DNA of 64,000 nucleotides from Camelus dromedarius (Eukaryota), in NCBI RefSeq assembly GCF_036321535.1, contig NC_087436.1:54996001-55060000 (forward strand). Direction: 5' to 3'. The notes below the pieces were generated by a model. The model ran no database searches. It was not told where the DNA came from and saw only the letters and a program-made list of their open reading frames with translations. The position numbers were made by a program, and so were the translations under genes. Below are positions 38,461 to 52,102 of this stretch, in pieces (the first letter of the stretch is position 1; every line of letters begins with the position of its first letter).

Positions 38461-39879
38461 TCATCTCTTTCTCATCTTTATCATTATTTCTTCCCCATCT
38501 CCTTAAGTAAGCTCCTTTATTTTTAATGCATGCCGATGACTTCAGTTTTTTTTTTTCTGTCCTCTTCTACACATTTTCCTGTGGCTAACTATATGCTCAT
38601 GGAACTTTGACAACCACCCATGTGTTGCATTGAAAAGAGGAGATAAAATTGGGAGGTGAAGCAGGCAAAATAGCTGGTGCTTTCAGAAGGAGGAAAGGCA
38701 AAGACCAGAATGACAAGGACAGATATCATCAAACTAAATCACAATGACAGAGTTCATAACATTCTCTTAAGAATGAGATATTTAATTTATGGCACGGATA
38801 GCAATTTGGGGAAATACCACATGCCAACTAAAAACTAAAATCTGGGAAAAGGAAATTTTTGAAGGTATCCTTAAATATGAAGGTGAAGTATTGACTTTAG
38901 ATGACTGTATAGATCATTATTGGAAAACTCAGGGCTCTTTCCAAATGTATCTTAAAATTCCATGATCCTAATCACATAATGATTTTTTTTAAGGGAATAG
39001 AGCATATGAATATTACAAACTTTGTTCTTAAGTAAGATATTTTAAAGTTAACTGCAGCCTTTCCCCTAAGACATCTACATGTTTTCCCTGAGGGGGAATA
39101 AATAACATATGGAGATTCCATATTTATATTTCATCCATATAGAAACCCAGATGGCTTGCCCCTTTTTAATATGTATTCCTCCCCATTAGATTAAGGAGAA
39201 TATAATCAAAATCATGCCAAATGAGAATTTGCATGGACATAACACAGTGGATTGGGATGTAGATAGAGGCCCAACTCTCCTCCCCAGAAAAATAAGAAAG
39301 GTTTAGGTTACTTCTTTCTCACTTGTAGTCCCTTCATTCAGTCCCTTTTTGCCTCCTCTCTTTTTTGAAACCCCCTCTGATCATCAGGCAACCGTTGCTC
39401 AGAGCCCAGGATACCCTGACAAAACTGAAACTTCCCTTTTCAGGCAGAGAACTGAAGTCTGTGCAGGATGTTGCTTAGTTTTGACAGGGAATAAATAGTT
39501 ATATGATACCCTTTGATCAGTTTTGCTGGTTTTTACTGAAATGTTTTGTTCATTTTGAATAGATGAATCAAAGTACTGTCTATCCTAGTGAGAACAGTGT
39601 CTAGATTTTTGGCAGATTTTAGAACAGGAGACTTTAAAAAGAAGTAGAAACTATAATTTAGAAACAAAATTTTTTTCCAGAGTCTGCCCCAAATGGGAGA
39701 GAGACCTTCCAAGTGAAAACTTGGAGCAAGCAACTAGCCATCACTATTGACATCTGTAAACCATAAGAGGTGCTGATGGGTCATTCCCAAGGGGAGATTC
39801 CATTCTCTAACTCATTCTTCAATGAGGAGGATAATAATTCCCATCCTATTTTTTATTCTACGTTTAGGACCTTATTTCA

Positions 39880-40178
39880 GCAAGCCAAAAATATTATAAT
39901 ACATATGATTCCATTATATGCAATTTTTCACTGGGCAACAATAATGCACACTGACAAAAAATAAGTAAAATAAAAAACAGTGGTTGCCTGGGGCCGGCAG
40001 TGGTGTGGTGGTAGAGGCTGACTGCTTAAGGATATAAGGGAACTTTTTGGAGGTGACAGAACTTGACTATGGTTAACTGGAATACATTTGTCAAAACTTG
40101 TCAAACTGTGCATTCAAAATGGGTCTATTTTATTAACTGTAAATTATACCTCAATAAGACTGATTTAAATTTTAAAAA
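39880..40178 (+). mobile_element. LINE-1 3' end (L1ME/MC-like)
   Basis: 'tatgattccattatatg...cagtggttgcctgggg...agggaactttttggaggtga...tacatttgtcaaaact...tgtaaattatacctcaataa'. Confidence 0.85.
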
Positions 40179-40977
40179 TATTTATGAATAATCCTATACA
40201 GATATTATTATACCTGAATATACTGGAAATTCCTTGAATCTTCTTATTTCTAGCTTTGTAATCTCTATGTGAGGCTTTTGTACTTTAGTAGGAAAGATTC
40301 ATAAATCAATCTTGTTTCAAGTATTTTCATTAAAGATCTTGTAGGATTTTAAAATGCTAGCTACATTTGAAGGCTTTTAAGGATGTAAATAAACAGGATA
40401 TTTCAAATAGACAATTTTCTATAATTCAAATTACTTTTGAAACTACACAAATTTGGTTTCTGTACAGACTTTAAATTTAGCATTGCACAATTTTATCTTT
40501 AATATGTAATACCATAAAAATATAAGAAGTCCTTGTGTTTCTCTTGAGACATATTTATATTTATCTTTGTCTACTACCCCAGAGAAGTTGCTCTCCTGAT
40601 ACATGTGTTAAAAGTAGTCTATGACATACGACCATTTGTAGTGGTGCTGTTAGAGCTTCTAATTAAAGACAAAAATGAAACATATTTATATCCATATATA
40701 ATAATTTGATCTTCTTATTCATTTTCATACTTTGCTTATGAATAATTCTATTTATCACTCGAGTAGGAAATTGAATCTCTCCAGAACTGCAAATTGTTTT
40801 AGAGAGACGTGTGCTGAACTTTAATTGATGAGAGGAAAATATATGTTAACCTATTTTCTATGAGAGTTGATATAGACTTTTCTATTATGCTTTCTCTCTA
40901 AAGTTAGCCAAGTCTGTATCAAATCTCAGACTAATGGTAACACATTGACTGTAATGCCAGTCTATTTGGGGTACGAC

Positions 40978-41482
40978 TGTAGCAGATGCTATTGGTGCCC
41001 TGTGCCAGGTCTGCTATCCCACCTCTGACTCCTGTTCCAGCTGTGAGGGACTCTTCACTGGCATGCTGAGCTCTTCCTCACTCTGCCTCCGATCTTTCTC
41101 TAAGCAGCAGAGACAAACACTCATGCCCACATGCAGGTGTGGCATCAAGGAGCTGGTGGGAGTGCTCATGCAGGGGAGAGGTGTGGTGACTTCAAACAGT
41201 AGAAATTCAGGATTGGTGGATACAAGCTCCGGATTCCATTCCTGCTGGTGAAAGTTTTGCAAACATGCAATAAGGTTTATTAAATGTTCCCAAGTGGGAT
41301 TGAATTCCAGTTGCTCATACTGATGAGAAGCTCAGTAATTCCTCCTTTATTGTCTTTCTCTTCTCTCTTGTCTCCTTCCCGCACTCCTTTGCTCCAGCTC
41401 CCTGAGATCACCTCCCAAATAAAATATTTGTACCCAGGTCCTTATCTCAGGCTCTGCTTTCAGGTGAACTCAAACCAAGGTG
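40978..41482 (+). mobile_element. ERVL solo LTR (LTR16 family)
   Basis: Starts 'tgtagcagatgctattggtgccc' and ends 'gatcacctcccaaataaaatatttgtacccaggtccttatctcaggctctgctttcaggtgaactcaaaccaag'. Confidence 0.88.
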
Positions 41483-41629
41483 ACTGACTAAGATGAATTC
41501 TTACCTATAATTATTTTTTTGAGGTGGAAATAACCTTTTTTGACCATATGTGAGTGCGTTTAATTTACACTTTACAGTTTTCGGCTCTAAGATGAACATT
41601 TTGTAATCACATAGTAGAAATGGGGGTAT

Positions 41630-41800
41630 TAGTTTGAGTTCTTGTCGGGTTCTTACAGAATGATCTTGAGCAAATCATTTTCCTTTTCTGAGCCTCAAGT
41701 TTGCTTGTGGAGTGGGATGATAATAACTGTTGTACGGTTATGTTAAGATTAAATTAGTCTGTGGGAAAACTTGTAAGGACAAATGACTGTATAAATATAA
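41630..41800 (+). mobile_element. MIR fragment
   Basis: 'tgatcttgagcaaatcattttccttttctgagcctcaagtttgc...gggatgataataact'. Confidence 0.65.
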
Positions 41801-41999
41801 AACCTTTTAGGTACTAACTGACATAAAAATTTCAAAATATTGCTCTTTAAAATTTTGTAGTTACTGATATTCAGTATTTCTACTTATGTATACATCTACT
41901 AAACATAGATGGTTTTATTCTTAAACAGATATGCATATATTATATTATATATATATATAAACAATCCTTTATGTGAATTGTGGAAGTAGCATAGTGTAG

Positions 42000-42370
42000 G
42001 AACTTTTTAGCTCAGAACTGAAAAGTTTAGAAATGGCTTCAGTCTTGAAAAGTACAGGATTCAGGTGCCTCTGTCTCTCTCCCTCTCTTTCTCCCCCCTC
42101 CTCCTCCTTTCCCTCTTTATTTTTCCATCTCTCAGCTAATTTATCTACTTTTATTAAATGTATTTTATCTACTTTTATTAGATGTATTCTTTTTCTATAT
42201 ATCGTAGAACAAGGGCCCTCTCTATCTACTGTCTAATATATTATCACAACTTGGAAAACCAGGAGAGATTGTGTTTCTTGACAGTTTCAGAAAAATTCCA
42301 GGCATAACTCTAGTTAGCCTGTTTGGATGTGTCCATCCTTGATCCAGTTATTGTAGGGGATAGAGTTATC
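42000..42370 (-). mobile_element. Old MaLR LTR fragment (MLT1K/L-like)
   Basis: 'tttttagctcagaactgaaaagtttagaaatggcttcag', 'gtgtccatccttgatccagttattgt'. Confidence 0.45.
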
Positions 42371-43148
42371 TGATCTTCTGAGTCAGCCAGATTTCTTCCC
42401 ACTGCCTCTCCTTTCCTTCCTCCTTCCTTCTCTCCCTTTCAGTGAAACAGAAAAATGTATTTACATATTGACTTACTATTCCTCTTCCTTCTAAAGAGTG
42501 AGGGGTGAGGGACTTGGTAATTTCACCAGACTTTTATTTTTTTCTAGGAGAAGTGATGACCATGAGTATTCAAATTTATAAGTACATTGTCCCAAAGATA
42601 AATTTCTTTGTGTAATAAAGATGTATTATTGGGAGAAGTAGGTTCGAGAAGTAAGCAGTAGTTAGCAAAACTGAGTGCAGATTGGAGACAAATTTTGAAG
42701 CATCCCAAGGATATTGAATTATTCCTTGTGGTGTACATTTCTCCATGAAATTATCAGGTAATCCTTCTTTGCATGACTCCTTGGTAAATCTCAAGAGGCC
42801 AAATTGTGCATCTAGAATGGTACAGGGACACAGAGACTAAAAGTGTTTCAGAACAGTATGTATATATAGAGAGACTAAATATATAAATTCTTACTAATGA
42901 TGGATGTTTGATAAGCCATATTTTTTGTTTGACTAGTTAGCACTCTCCTCTCTCTAAGACTGTCTAGCTCATCGTGCGTTGTTCAGACACTGCTTTGTTC
43001 ACAGGTCTTTTAGTTTCACAGTGAAGACACTTGTGAATAATTTTCTACTTTATCCCATTGCTTGGCCTTCTCACCCAGTCATGAGTAGTAAAAAGCAGAA
43101 CATGTCCCAAGCATATGTATGTTTATTGTTTCTTATATCCTGATAATT

Positions 43149-43509
43149 TATATTGGCAGAAACAGTGCTATTTGCTACTTTACTATATTCTCTTCCTGGA
43201 CACATGGAAAGACTGTATTTCCTTGCTGTTAGGTTGTGTCATTGTTTTAACCAATGGGATATGGACAGTTACAGTGTGTGCTATTTCTTGGCCTGAACTT
43301 TTAAAAAGTTCTGCATAGGTCACACCTTCCCTGCTGTGGTGACCCTGGAGGCCGAATGTTACAGGTATGTGACTACAGTACAAGGTGGAGGAGGCTTGAT
43401 TGACCTATGTTAGACTTTGCACATGTGAGACATTAATTTTTACCTGTTAAGCCTCTGAAATTCCAGAATTTATTTGTTACAGTAAGAGTTTCTTACTCTA
43501 ACCAATACT
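43149..43509 (+). mobile_element. MaLR solo LTR (MLT1I/J-like)
   Basis: 'tctcttcctggacacatggaaagactgtatttcc...ccaatgggatatgg...tgttaagcctctgaaatt...tttatttgttacag...ctaaccaatac'. Confidence 0.75.
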
Positions 43510-44796
43510 TATGCCATTAGCCTAATCACTATATACTTATGACTGAAAATAAATAAAAGTCAATTTGATACTAGGCCTCAAGATTTCATCATTACTTTCT
43601 GTTACCAGTTTGCCAGTAAATGCCCTTATGAGATCAAAAAGCATCCAATCTTACCATGAAAGTTGCTTGATTCCTCTAAAATTTCTGTTCCCACACATGC
43701 TTTTCTGACCTTGCTCTCCTGTGTATATTTCTAGGCCCTGAAGGAATAATGGATCAGTTTTTTTGTTTATTGGGAAATACTTTGCTGCATGTCAATTCCA
43801 TTATTTATTTTCTGAGTTAATGTCTTCTTCAAAATTACACCGTGGGTCTTTATTTCTCTCTTCTACTTTCATATGCCTTGTAGCTCCTCAGTCATTCCAT
43901 TAACATGGACATTAATGAATAACTGATTTTACAATCCTTTAAATTCAACAATTTTGTTTTAATTTAAATGAAAGTTAAATTCAGCCAAAGCAATCATTAA
44001 AGGAAATCTAGTGTTCAAATATGTGTTTTCATTAGTATTATTTTAAAATATTCTTTCACTGAATATGAACTGTACTTCTTTGTTCATCTGCTTTGAGAGT
44101 TATCAGTGCTGTTAATCTGGTTACCTAGGGCTATACAGTTTACTTTTTCAAGTTTTCAGGAGTCTATGTAATTTTTCCTTCATTTCTTATCTAGTTTCAA
44201 TTTTTTCTTTTCCCCATAGTATCATCTTTTTTTTTTAGAAAATCTTTTGTTTTATTCACCTTCACTTATCAAAGTGACAGTTTATTTTGCATTTATTTTG
44301 CTAAAGTCTAATTATTTTGTCATGTTTTTTCTATAAAAATCTTTATGGATTGCATATAGATTTAATATTGTCTCTTATATAAACCTTCCTAGAGGAAGTG
44401 CCTTATTGTATACTACCTTGTCCAGTCTTCAATGTCCCAAGTGTATAAGCATCACTCCTCAGCTTCTATTGTAATAATGTCTGGTGCAGATATAATGTTA
44501 CTGTTCATCTTGCTTTTTTATTTTTTCATAGTTCTCAGTAGAATGTGTAGTTTCCAGTAAAGTCTTCATTGTTTATTAAATCAAACTGAAGTAGATAAAT
44601 AAACATTTATACAAATGATTATAGTAATCATAGCAATTAATAAATATGTCAAAATCTTTGCATATAAGCTAACATTCTTTATAAAAAAGAAAGAGAAAAT
44701 ATAATGCACATTGTATTCTAGTAAATGGAGCAACCAAATTGGAACAGTCGTAGCCAGTAGCACTTCTTAATGCTACAAACATCATGGTTCCATGAA

Positions 44797-45065
44797 GAGC
44801 ACTGGTGCAATGGTTAAGCTCTTGGCATTGGTGTAATGGTTAAGCTCTTAGCTTGGGAGCCAGACCTTCTAGATTTAAAACCATGCTCCAGACTTAACTG
44901 CTATGAGGTAGGCAAGGTAATTCAATTCTTTTGTGACTCAGGTTTTCTTTTCTCGTTTGTTTTTGTTTTGCATTTTTAAAATGGAGTAGTTACATCACAG
45001 GTTCATATGAGCATTAAGTGTTTAATACATGTAGTATACAGTAAGCAGTGTATAAGCATTAACTG
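44797..45065 (+). mobile_element. MIR SINE with a tandemly duplicated 5' head
   Basis: 'tggtgtaatggttaagctc...ggagccagacc...ggcaaggtaattcaa...tgtgactcagg...aaaatggag...tacagtaagc'. Confidence 0.75.
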
Positions 45066-45639
45066 TAGTTTCAAATCTATATTGGTTATTTCTCTTGCAG
45101 CTGTCCATTCATGCATAAATACAAAAGTAAATTTCTTCAGTTACCCGTCTAGACTACTGTCTGCAAATGCCTGAAACAATGACCTCGAGAAAATTCAGGT
45201 TGATTTTGATTTAACAGAACCTAAAAGGATTTTTTGTGTGTGTGAAATTTGAGCTTTAGAACACCACTAAGAGAATTACTTGGGGATGAGTGTAGGGAGA
45301 GAGAAAATTTGGTTAAATTATATGCAATTTTGTGTGGGATTTAATTAAAACAGACAATGAAGCATGGTGGTATTTAAAGGCAAAGTTTCCTATCTAGGGA
45401 TAGGTATCTGTTATGGGTGGTTAATGACCATTTTTGAACAACTTCTATACCTTTTTTTGTTGCATTATCTTCTGCAGTACCATCCTGTTATTCATTGTCT
45501 TTCTGAAAGTTTCTATGATGATTGTCTCAAGACTAACAGAGCCCTCCACACTAATCCTCTTACCCGAGAATGTCTTTACTAAGTACGTAAGGTCCAGGTG
45601 GCCATCACTATTATCCTAGCTGCCTCTTCTTCCAACACT

Positions 45640-45808
45640 CTGGAATGCTGGTAAACAGCAGGGCTGATGTGTTGTACTTACCAGTTTCCAGGATGTAAAT
45701 ACTCCTGCCATGCCCAATTTGAAGCTACCAGTAGTTTAACAATTGGCTCATTAAACACCAGCACATTTAACAACCGACTTGTGGGAACTGGTTAGAGCTG
45801 GCCCCCTT
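45640..45808 (-). mobile_element. MER63A-like hAT MITE
   Basis: 'tgctggtaaa...tgtaaatactcctgccatgcccaatttgaagctacca...tttaacaattggctc...atttaacaaccgact' is MER63 in reverse. Confidence 0.75.
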
Positions 45809-48479
45809 CCCAATGCTGATATTTCTCTTTCTGCATACAGGCTCTTCACTTTCAGAAGTTCATAAATGTGAAAAAGAGTGAAGTTTCCCCTTATATCAGC
45901 TTTAACTTTTGCAATTCTTGAGGGACCAAGAAGGAATTTATGTGGTTTCTGATGAAATGAAAACAACTTCTGGGCAAAGTGATACTAGAAGATTATTCTT
46001 CAGACTTTTTCGTGTATCCTTCCATAAAAAACCCATGTCGTAATTACAGAGCAGACTCAAAGGGACAGCATGGTCTTGAGGCTTTTGCAACCAAGATCTG
46101 GGGCATGGGGGTGGTTTCTACTCTTTTCTTTCCTTTTCCTGTGGGCTACTGAAAGCACATGGAAAAATAATGGAGGCAGAGAAGCTTAGAACACTTTCAT
46201 TCAAAATGCATTGCGCAGTTTGGCCTTTCCTCTCCAATATACCAGCAATTCTCCCTTAAGTATCCTGAGGAAAACTCTGAAATAATTAAACTACAATTTA
46301 ATGCATTGCAGCTGTCTTACTAGACTTGCTCACAACCCTCTTTTAATGACTCCTTTCGTTTTTCTATTCCCTTTACCCATTTATATTTTAGCAGTCATTG
46401 CCTTTTAAACAGAAAATGAGTTGGTGATGACAACAATAACAAAACTCTATTACTATTTTCTATTCATAACAATACAAAACTTTACAGGCAAAGATTGCTC
46501 CATTATACTTACCTGATTACCTTGCTTACAAGGGACAGGCTTGCATTCCTTTCCATAGGAAGACAGAAACTATGCTATCTGCCTCCATAGTTCAGCAAAA
46601 CATGCACAGATTACATTTTACATGACACTCAGCAGTTGAAAAGGGAAGAAATTAGTGCTAAACTCTGCAATAAAAAAATGACGCTATTCTGATATTCCCA
46701 GTAGCAGACTGATTCGTCATATTCGTAAGTTTCAGATATTACTTCGTGATATCTAGTGGATGCTGATTCACATGAACATTATGATCACTTGATTCTGAGC
46801 ATCGAAGCTAAAAACCAGTCAGCCAGTTTCAGGGCTTAGGGAATAATGCACAGATAACATCATGCTGTTACTTCTGTATACATAATACCTTTTTCTAAAT
46901 AACACAGGACACTTGGGACATGTTACCTTGCTAATCTTTGTGATAGTCTGATTAAATTAATTAAATGGATATTGCTTCATTAGAGAAGGAGGTAGAGTCC
47001 CAAGAGAGGTGGTCATTTCTCAACTCCCTCCCAATGTTCAAGCAATGAGATAAATGATCATTTTAGGATTCTCTTGTGAGGCTGAGCCAGCCCTGACCAA
47101 GGAAATAAGACAGGATTGGTATGAAGAAAACCAAGAAGCAACACATTGTAAAGCTACGGCCTTAAAATATGTATTGAATGAGAAAATTAATATATTAAAA
47201 ATCAGATTGTTTCAGTCAAAGACCTACTTTGGTAAAAATCACTTACTGATAAATGGGTCACACCAGGAAAATCAGGAAAAAAAATTAAAAGTTTTTGGCC
47301 AAAAAGAACCCAACTCAAAACAACTTTAAGGTATGTTATATAAAGCACCAAGAGAGGTACTTCAGAATTGAAAGATATATTTTATGTTATGGTTCTTAAC
47401 AGTGATCAAAGACAGTAAACATTCAAGCTGACATGAAGATAATTACAAAACAACATATCAGCAAACACACTGATTATAGTGGTTGTCTAACTATGTACAA
47501 TCAGCCAGTATCACTGATGGACAACTTTTTTTTCTATTTGGTATAGATAATCTGAGATCTTTCTAATTACAACAACATTACTCAGTCCTTCAGGATCCAG
47601 CTAGCATTGTCTTATAAATCAGAGTATATATTCCTCAGAAACATGAAAGTTCTCTTCCATTCTTAGCAATGTGCAGATCAATTTTCAGGAGTCATTCTTA
47701 CTGAGCAGTTTGATTGCATCTTAAGAGGTTAAAACTCCTCCGGCAAGATATGCTGACTTATTGGTTTCAAAATGGAAATGAAAATTCTAAGTGCTGGATC
47801 AGCAAAAGCAAGGCATGGAAAGCTAGTGACCTTTAGGACTCTTGAGATTCAGTGTTAAGGAGGCCTGATCTCAAACCCAAAGAAAGAATTGACTCTTTAG
47901 GCCTTCAATAAGCTTTGGTGCTCTAAATTGCAAATTCTTTGGTTGGGCTTTCAGAGGACATTCAGGGTGGGTTATCTGGTGTTGCTGAGTTGAACAAATC
48001 CAGGAGGTAAAGTGGGAATGACATACTCACATTTTAGTCTATGCAAATAGTTCTCCCTACAGGAGAATTTCAATTAGACATTTGTGCTGTAGAACTCTGC
48101 AACCTGGTAGCCCAGCTTGGACATATTCCACTGACATCATACTTCCAGACTTCTTATCCTGTGCCTTAACCCCACCCATCATCAAATTCCTACCCTACCC
48201 GTAATCTCTCTCTCTCTCTTTTAAACATCTCATAACATGAAATTTCAAATGCTATTTCACATTACTAAATTTTTCATATTTTTTTGTCTGTACCACTAGA
48301 TTATTCTATGTAAGGAAATACTGCCTTGTAATTTCAAATATTCAGGCTTTGTTCCCCAGTTCTAAGGATTTTTGAAATAAGGTTAAAGTAGGGAAAGCAA
48401 CACTCATCTACTTTATTTTCTATTAGTGAGTTAGAAGCAACCCATGTCCTGAAGAATTTCATGCTACTTTGTTGTCTTG

Positions 48480-48765
48480 GAACAATCATGTATTCTTTTT
48501 TCTCCATGGTAATGCCCTTCTCTGCCTCTTTGGAAAATTCCTACCTAGTCTCAAAACATGACTCAAGTGTTATCTCTGTTCCTTGAAGCAGTGCTCGTCA
48601 TTTTACTATCCTCTTTGATTTAAATACCATCCTGTAGCTATCTCCTTTGCATCATGCATTTACATTTCTCTTCTCCATCATACTCGCACTTGCTATGGGA
48701 AGGGCTGGCAATGTTTGATATCCAATAGGGCCTTAAGAACGTATGTTAAGTAAAAGAATGAATGG
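48480..48765 (+). mobile_element. LINE-2 3' fragment
   Basis: 'aatgcccttc...ggaaaattcctacctagtctcaaaacatgactcaagtgttatctct' ending in 'gaatgaatg'. Confidence 0.55.
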
Positions 48766-49545
48766 CATACACAGAATTTGAAAAAAGGAACTATGAGAGA
48801 AAAAAAAAGACTTTAGTCCTAATGATTCTGGATTTCAACAGTCTCTCTGTCCATGAGCTTTCAGTGTAACTACACACTGATGATCATGCCTGAATCTAAC
48901 AGATGACAACATGAGCTATTTCTGTGCTCTGAAAGCTAAGTTTCTCAGCTAGGAAAATAATTTAATTCAAATTTGGGAATATACACACACATACACATCA
49001 TTTTAGAATCCCTCAATAGTCATAGTACTATATTAGTGTTAGGTATAAACAAATTAGATATTAGAGTCTCCACTTTTGAGGCGTTTGCTGTCCAAATGGT
49101 TTTATAAACATATTTTTAAAACTTAAAACTCAGTCTATGGGTCATAGGTTGCTATACTTTGATCTATAGAATAATTAAATGATCCAAGGCAATTTCCAAA
49201 GATGAGAAAATAATAATTCAATATATTGACTAATAAATGAGTTTTGGTCATTTTTCAGCTAAGAGAGGCCTTGTTGACTTGCAAGGAGGTGATGGATATT
49301 GGCAGCAATGCATATCAACTTCCATTTGACAAACCTTCCAGAAATGTTGGAACTTTGTAATAGGTCACAAGGCTTTAAAGGGACAAGTCTGGTCTCAGAT
49401 TGAGAGTTCTTGGGGACTCAGCCGCATCTTTATTATGATTACTGTAATTTGGTAAACCCTACTCCTTCCCCCCCAAAATGAAAGAGACAAATCTGTGAGT
49501 CGGTATCAGTTCATACTAGAATGCAACACAGCACACAAATAGCTG

Positions 49546-49567
49546 TATATATATATATATATATATA
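49546..49567. repeat. (TA)11 microsatellite
   Basis: Read directly from the sequence. Confidence 0.95.
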
Positions 49568-49892
49568 CACATAAATATATGTAATTTTGAAGTTTATTAT
49601 ATCAGCTACTACATCATGGAGGGATGCGAAGGGCAAGTTGCTATTACTGGTGTGGGTCATCTAGGTGATGTAGATTTGAATGTTATCCCAGTGAGGGCCT
49701 CAACTTTTAAAATTCTGTTTTGCTATTAACTGGTGCTGATAGAAAGTTCTTATTTTTCCCTTCTTGTAAGTCTTTTGTGTTTTAAATGAAATAATATGTT
49801 CTTTTTTTATTGATCATCTTCTATTTTGTGTATTTTGTGTATTTATTGGCTATCTATCTGCTAAGCATTGGAGTCTGGAATGCAATGCAGTT

Positions 49893-49911
49893 TGTGTGTG
49901 TGTGTGTGTGT
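49893..49911. repeat. (TG)9 microsatellite
   Basis: Read directly from the sequence. Confidence 0.95.
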
Positions 49912-51244
49912 CTGAAATAGTCTACATAAAAGCACAAATAAAGGATGTAGATGTCTCTGTTTTTCCTAAGAAAAATCAGACCTTATTATTTTATATTCAG
50001 GTTTTCATTCTTTCTTCTCTTTACTTTTGAGTAATGTGTTAAGTCAAAAAGCAATTTTCAAAGAACTGCTCTACGTAAAGTGTAGGAACAGAACTGAGTG
50101 TAGGTCACACAGAGCTCCCCACCTCTTCACGGCCCACACTCTGCAGTCACAGGTAAAGAAAAAACAGCCTGAACTCAGAGATCTCAGGGAATAATTTAGA
50201 TATTATTAAAAATGTCTTAAAAGTTGAATGCAAATAAATCATACAAAATGTTTCTAAAATTTGTATTAGGTATGTCTTCATCTCCCTAAATCTTTTTCAC
50301 TCTCAGGAGTGCTTAGAATAACTTCCTCTTTCTCTTATCCACACAGCCCCTTCACCGCAACCCTAATCCCCTGTCCCTGTAAACCCTCTCTCCCTGGTTG
50401 CTGCTCAGGCATCCCACACTCTTCATGCTAAACACTTTGTCTCATGTATGGGCTCCCCTTTTCCCATGAAACTTGACTACTTACCCAGCATTTAAGCCTC
50501 CATATATATATAGAAGATAGTTCGTTCTGTTAATATTAAGGTGCTCACAGTCTAACAAAGGACAAAGGATGCCCTCAGATTTAAAAAAAATCATGAAAAT
50601 GAGGGTTTGGAGAATTGGTAATAATGGGAAGAATGTCACTGACTACTTTAAGTAGATCATAAGGAGAATTTCCTTTGACACCTCCAAGGTCTTGTCTCTT
50701 TCTCATAATCTTTCTAGTTACTTTCTTATGCTTTTGCCAACTTTTTACTATTTTTAAACCTCATCATCAAATTCTCTTCATAGCTTTTATGAGTTTATAA
50801 CATACAATTTTTTTTCATACTGAGACCGATACTTCTTAATAGTGTTTTTCATATGGACTGAGAAGCTGAATCATTGTAAATGTGTAATTTAGGGGATTAC
50901 CTGCCAGGGGTAAGAGGTAAGAAGTATGGGTGGTGCAGCTTGAACAGCTGTAGAAGCAGTATGCATTTAGTGGAAAATATGAGAACTTTACCTTGTGATT
51001 ATAAAAGAGGTAGTCAACTCTATTCAGACAGTGAAACAGAGCTGAGGTTGATTAGTATAGAGAGCCATTGATGGGTGCTATGAAATCCCTTTAAATGCAT
51101 GCCCTAAAGTGACTGTCAAGTGACCAGAGTTTCCTGTTAACTTGGTATCAAAACTAAGTTTTGCTTGCAATTATTTTGATCGAAAAATGGTGATAATATC
51201 AGGCAAGGCAATTTTAAGTGATTTTTCTGCATTTGTTCATCTAT

Positions 51245-51470
51245 CCCTTTATTCATTCATTCATTCATTCACATAGTTAGTACATCTTTATGATGATTTT
51301 TCTCAGTGCCAGTAACTACATTTACAGACATGGCCCAGTCTACTAGGAGTTAGAGACCACAGGGCAAGACAGATATTAAATCAATAGAAGAATAATTACA
51401 TTCATATTTATAAATTCTGATGAATGTTATGAATGGTAAGAGGAGGGTTCTATGAGTAAAATGGGGACAA
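51245..51470 (-). mobile_element. LINE-2 3' end with (TTCA)n tail
   Basis: 'attcattcattcattcattca' followed by 'cagacatggcccagtc...ggagtt...agacagatattaaatcaat'. Confidence 0.6.
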
Positions 51471-51494
51471 CATAAGTGACTTTATAAAAGCAAT

Positions 51495-51745
51495 ATTTTG
51501 TAGTGACTAAGAGCCTATGCTCTGAAGTCTGCTTAGGTTCTGGCTCCCCTACTTCTAACTTTTCTGATATTGTGCAAATTACCTCATTTCCTTGAATATC
51601 ATTTCTCATCCATAAAGTGGTAACATAATATTTGCTTCATAGAGTCATTTGAGAGTGAAAAAATAATATGCAGAATTTATGTCAATTTCTTAAAACAGTG
51701 ACAAGGAGGAAAGTTAATAAGTTCTCAATAAATATTAGCTATTAC
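51495..51745 (+). mobile_element. MIR SINE
   Basis: 'tgtagtgactaagagc...gctctgaagtc...ggttctggctccc...gcaaattacc...tttctcatccataaagtgg...ctcaataaatattagctatta'. Confidence 0.75.
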
Positions 51746-52102
51746 AATTCGGATGATCAGGGAAAGTCTATAACACATTGACTGATGTACATTTTATGCT
51801 AATATTTCTACATATATTGTATATATTAATTTGGGTTTATCCTGATGCATCTCACATAAAATGAAAGAGGGCTTAAAATTGTCCCTGTCACTTTGATTTT
51901 TTTTATTGTATGACTCCATTTATATAAATTCAAGAAAAGGCAAAATCATTGAACTGTACATTTGAGATTGGTTTATTTTATCATATATAAATTATATGTC
52001 AATTTACATAAAATGAAGAGGGAAATAGGGATATGGTGACATAAGTAGAAACATACTGAAAATACTAGTTTTTATACTTCGGCTAATATGTTGCAATTTA
52101 CA

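Noticed and set aside
43560..44560. Highly decayed antisense L1 ORF2
   Set aside because: Only T-rich composition and vague motifs; not enough to call without an alignment
48876..48935. C/D-box snoRNA (TGATGA...CTGA...CTGA)
   Set aside because: Short, no terminal stem and no recognisable guide sequence
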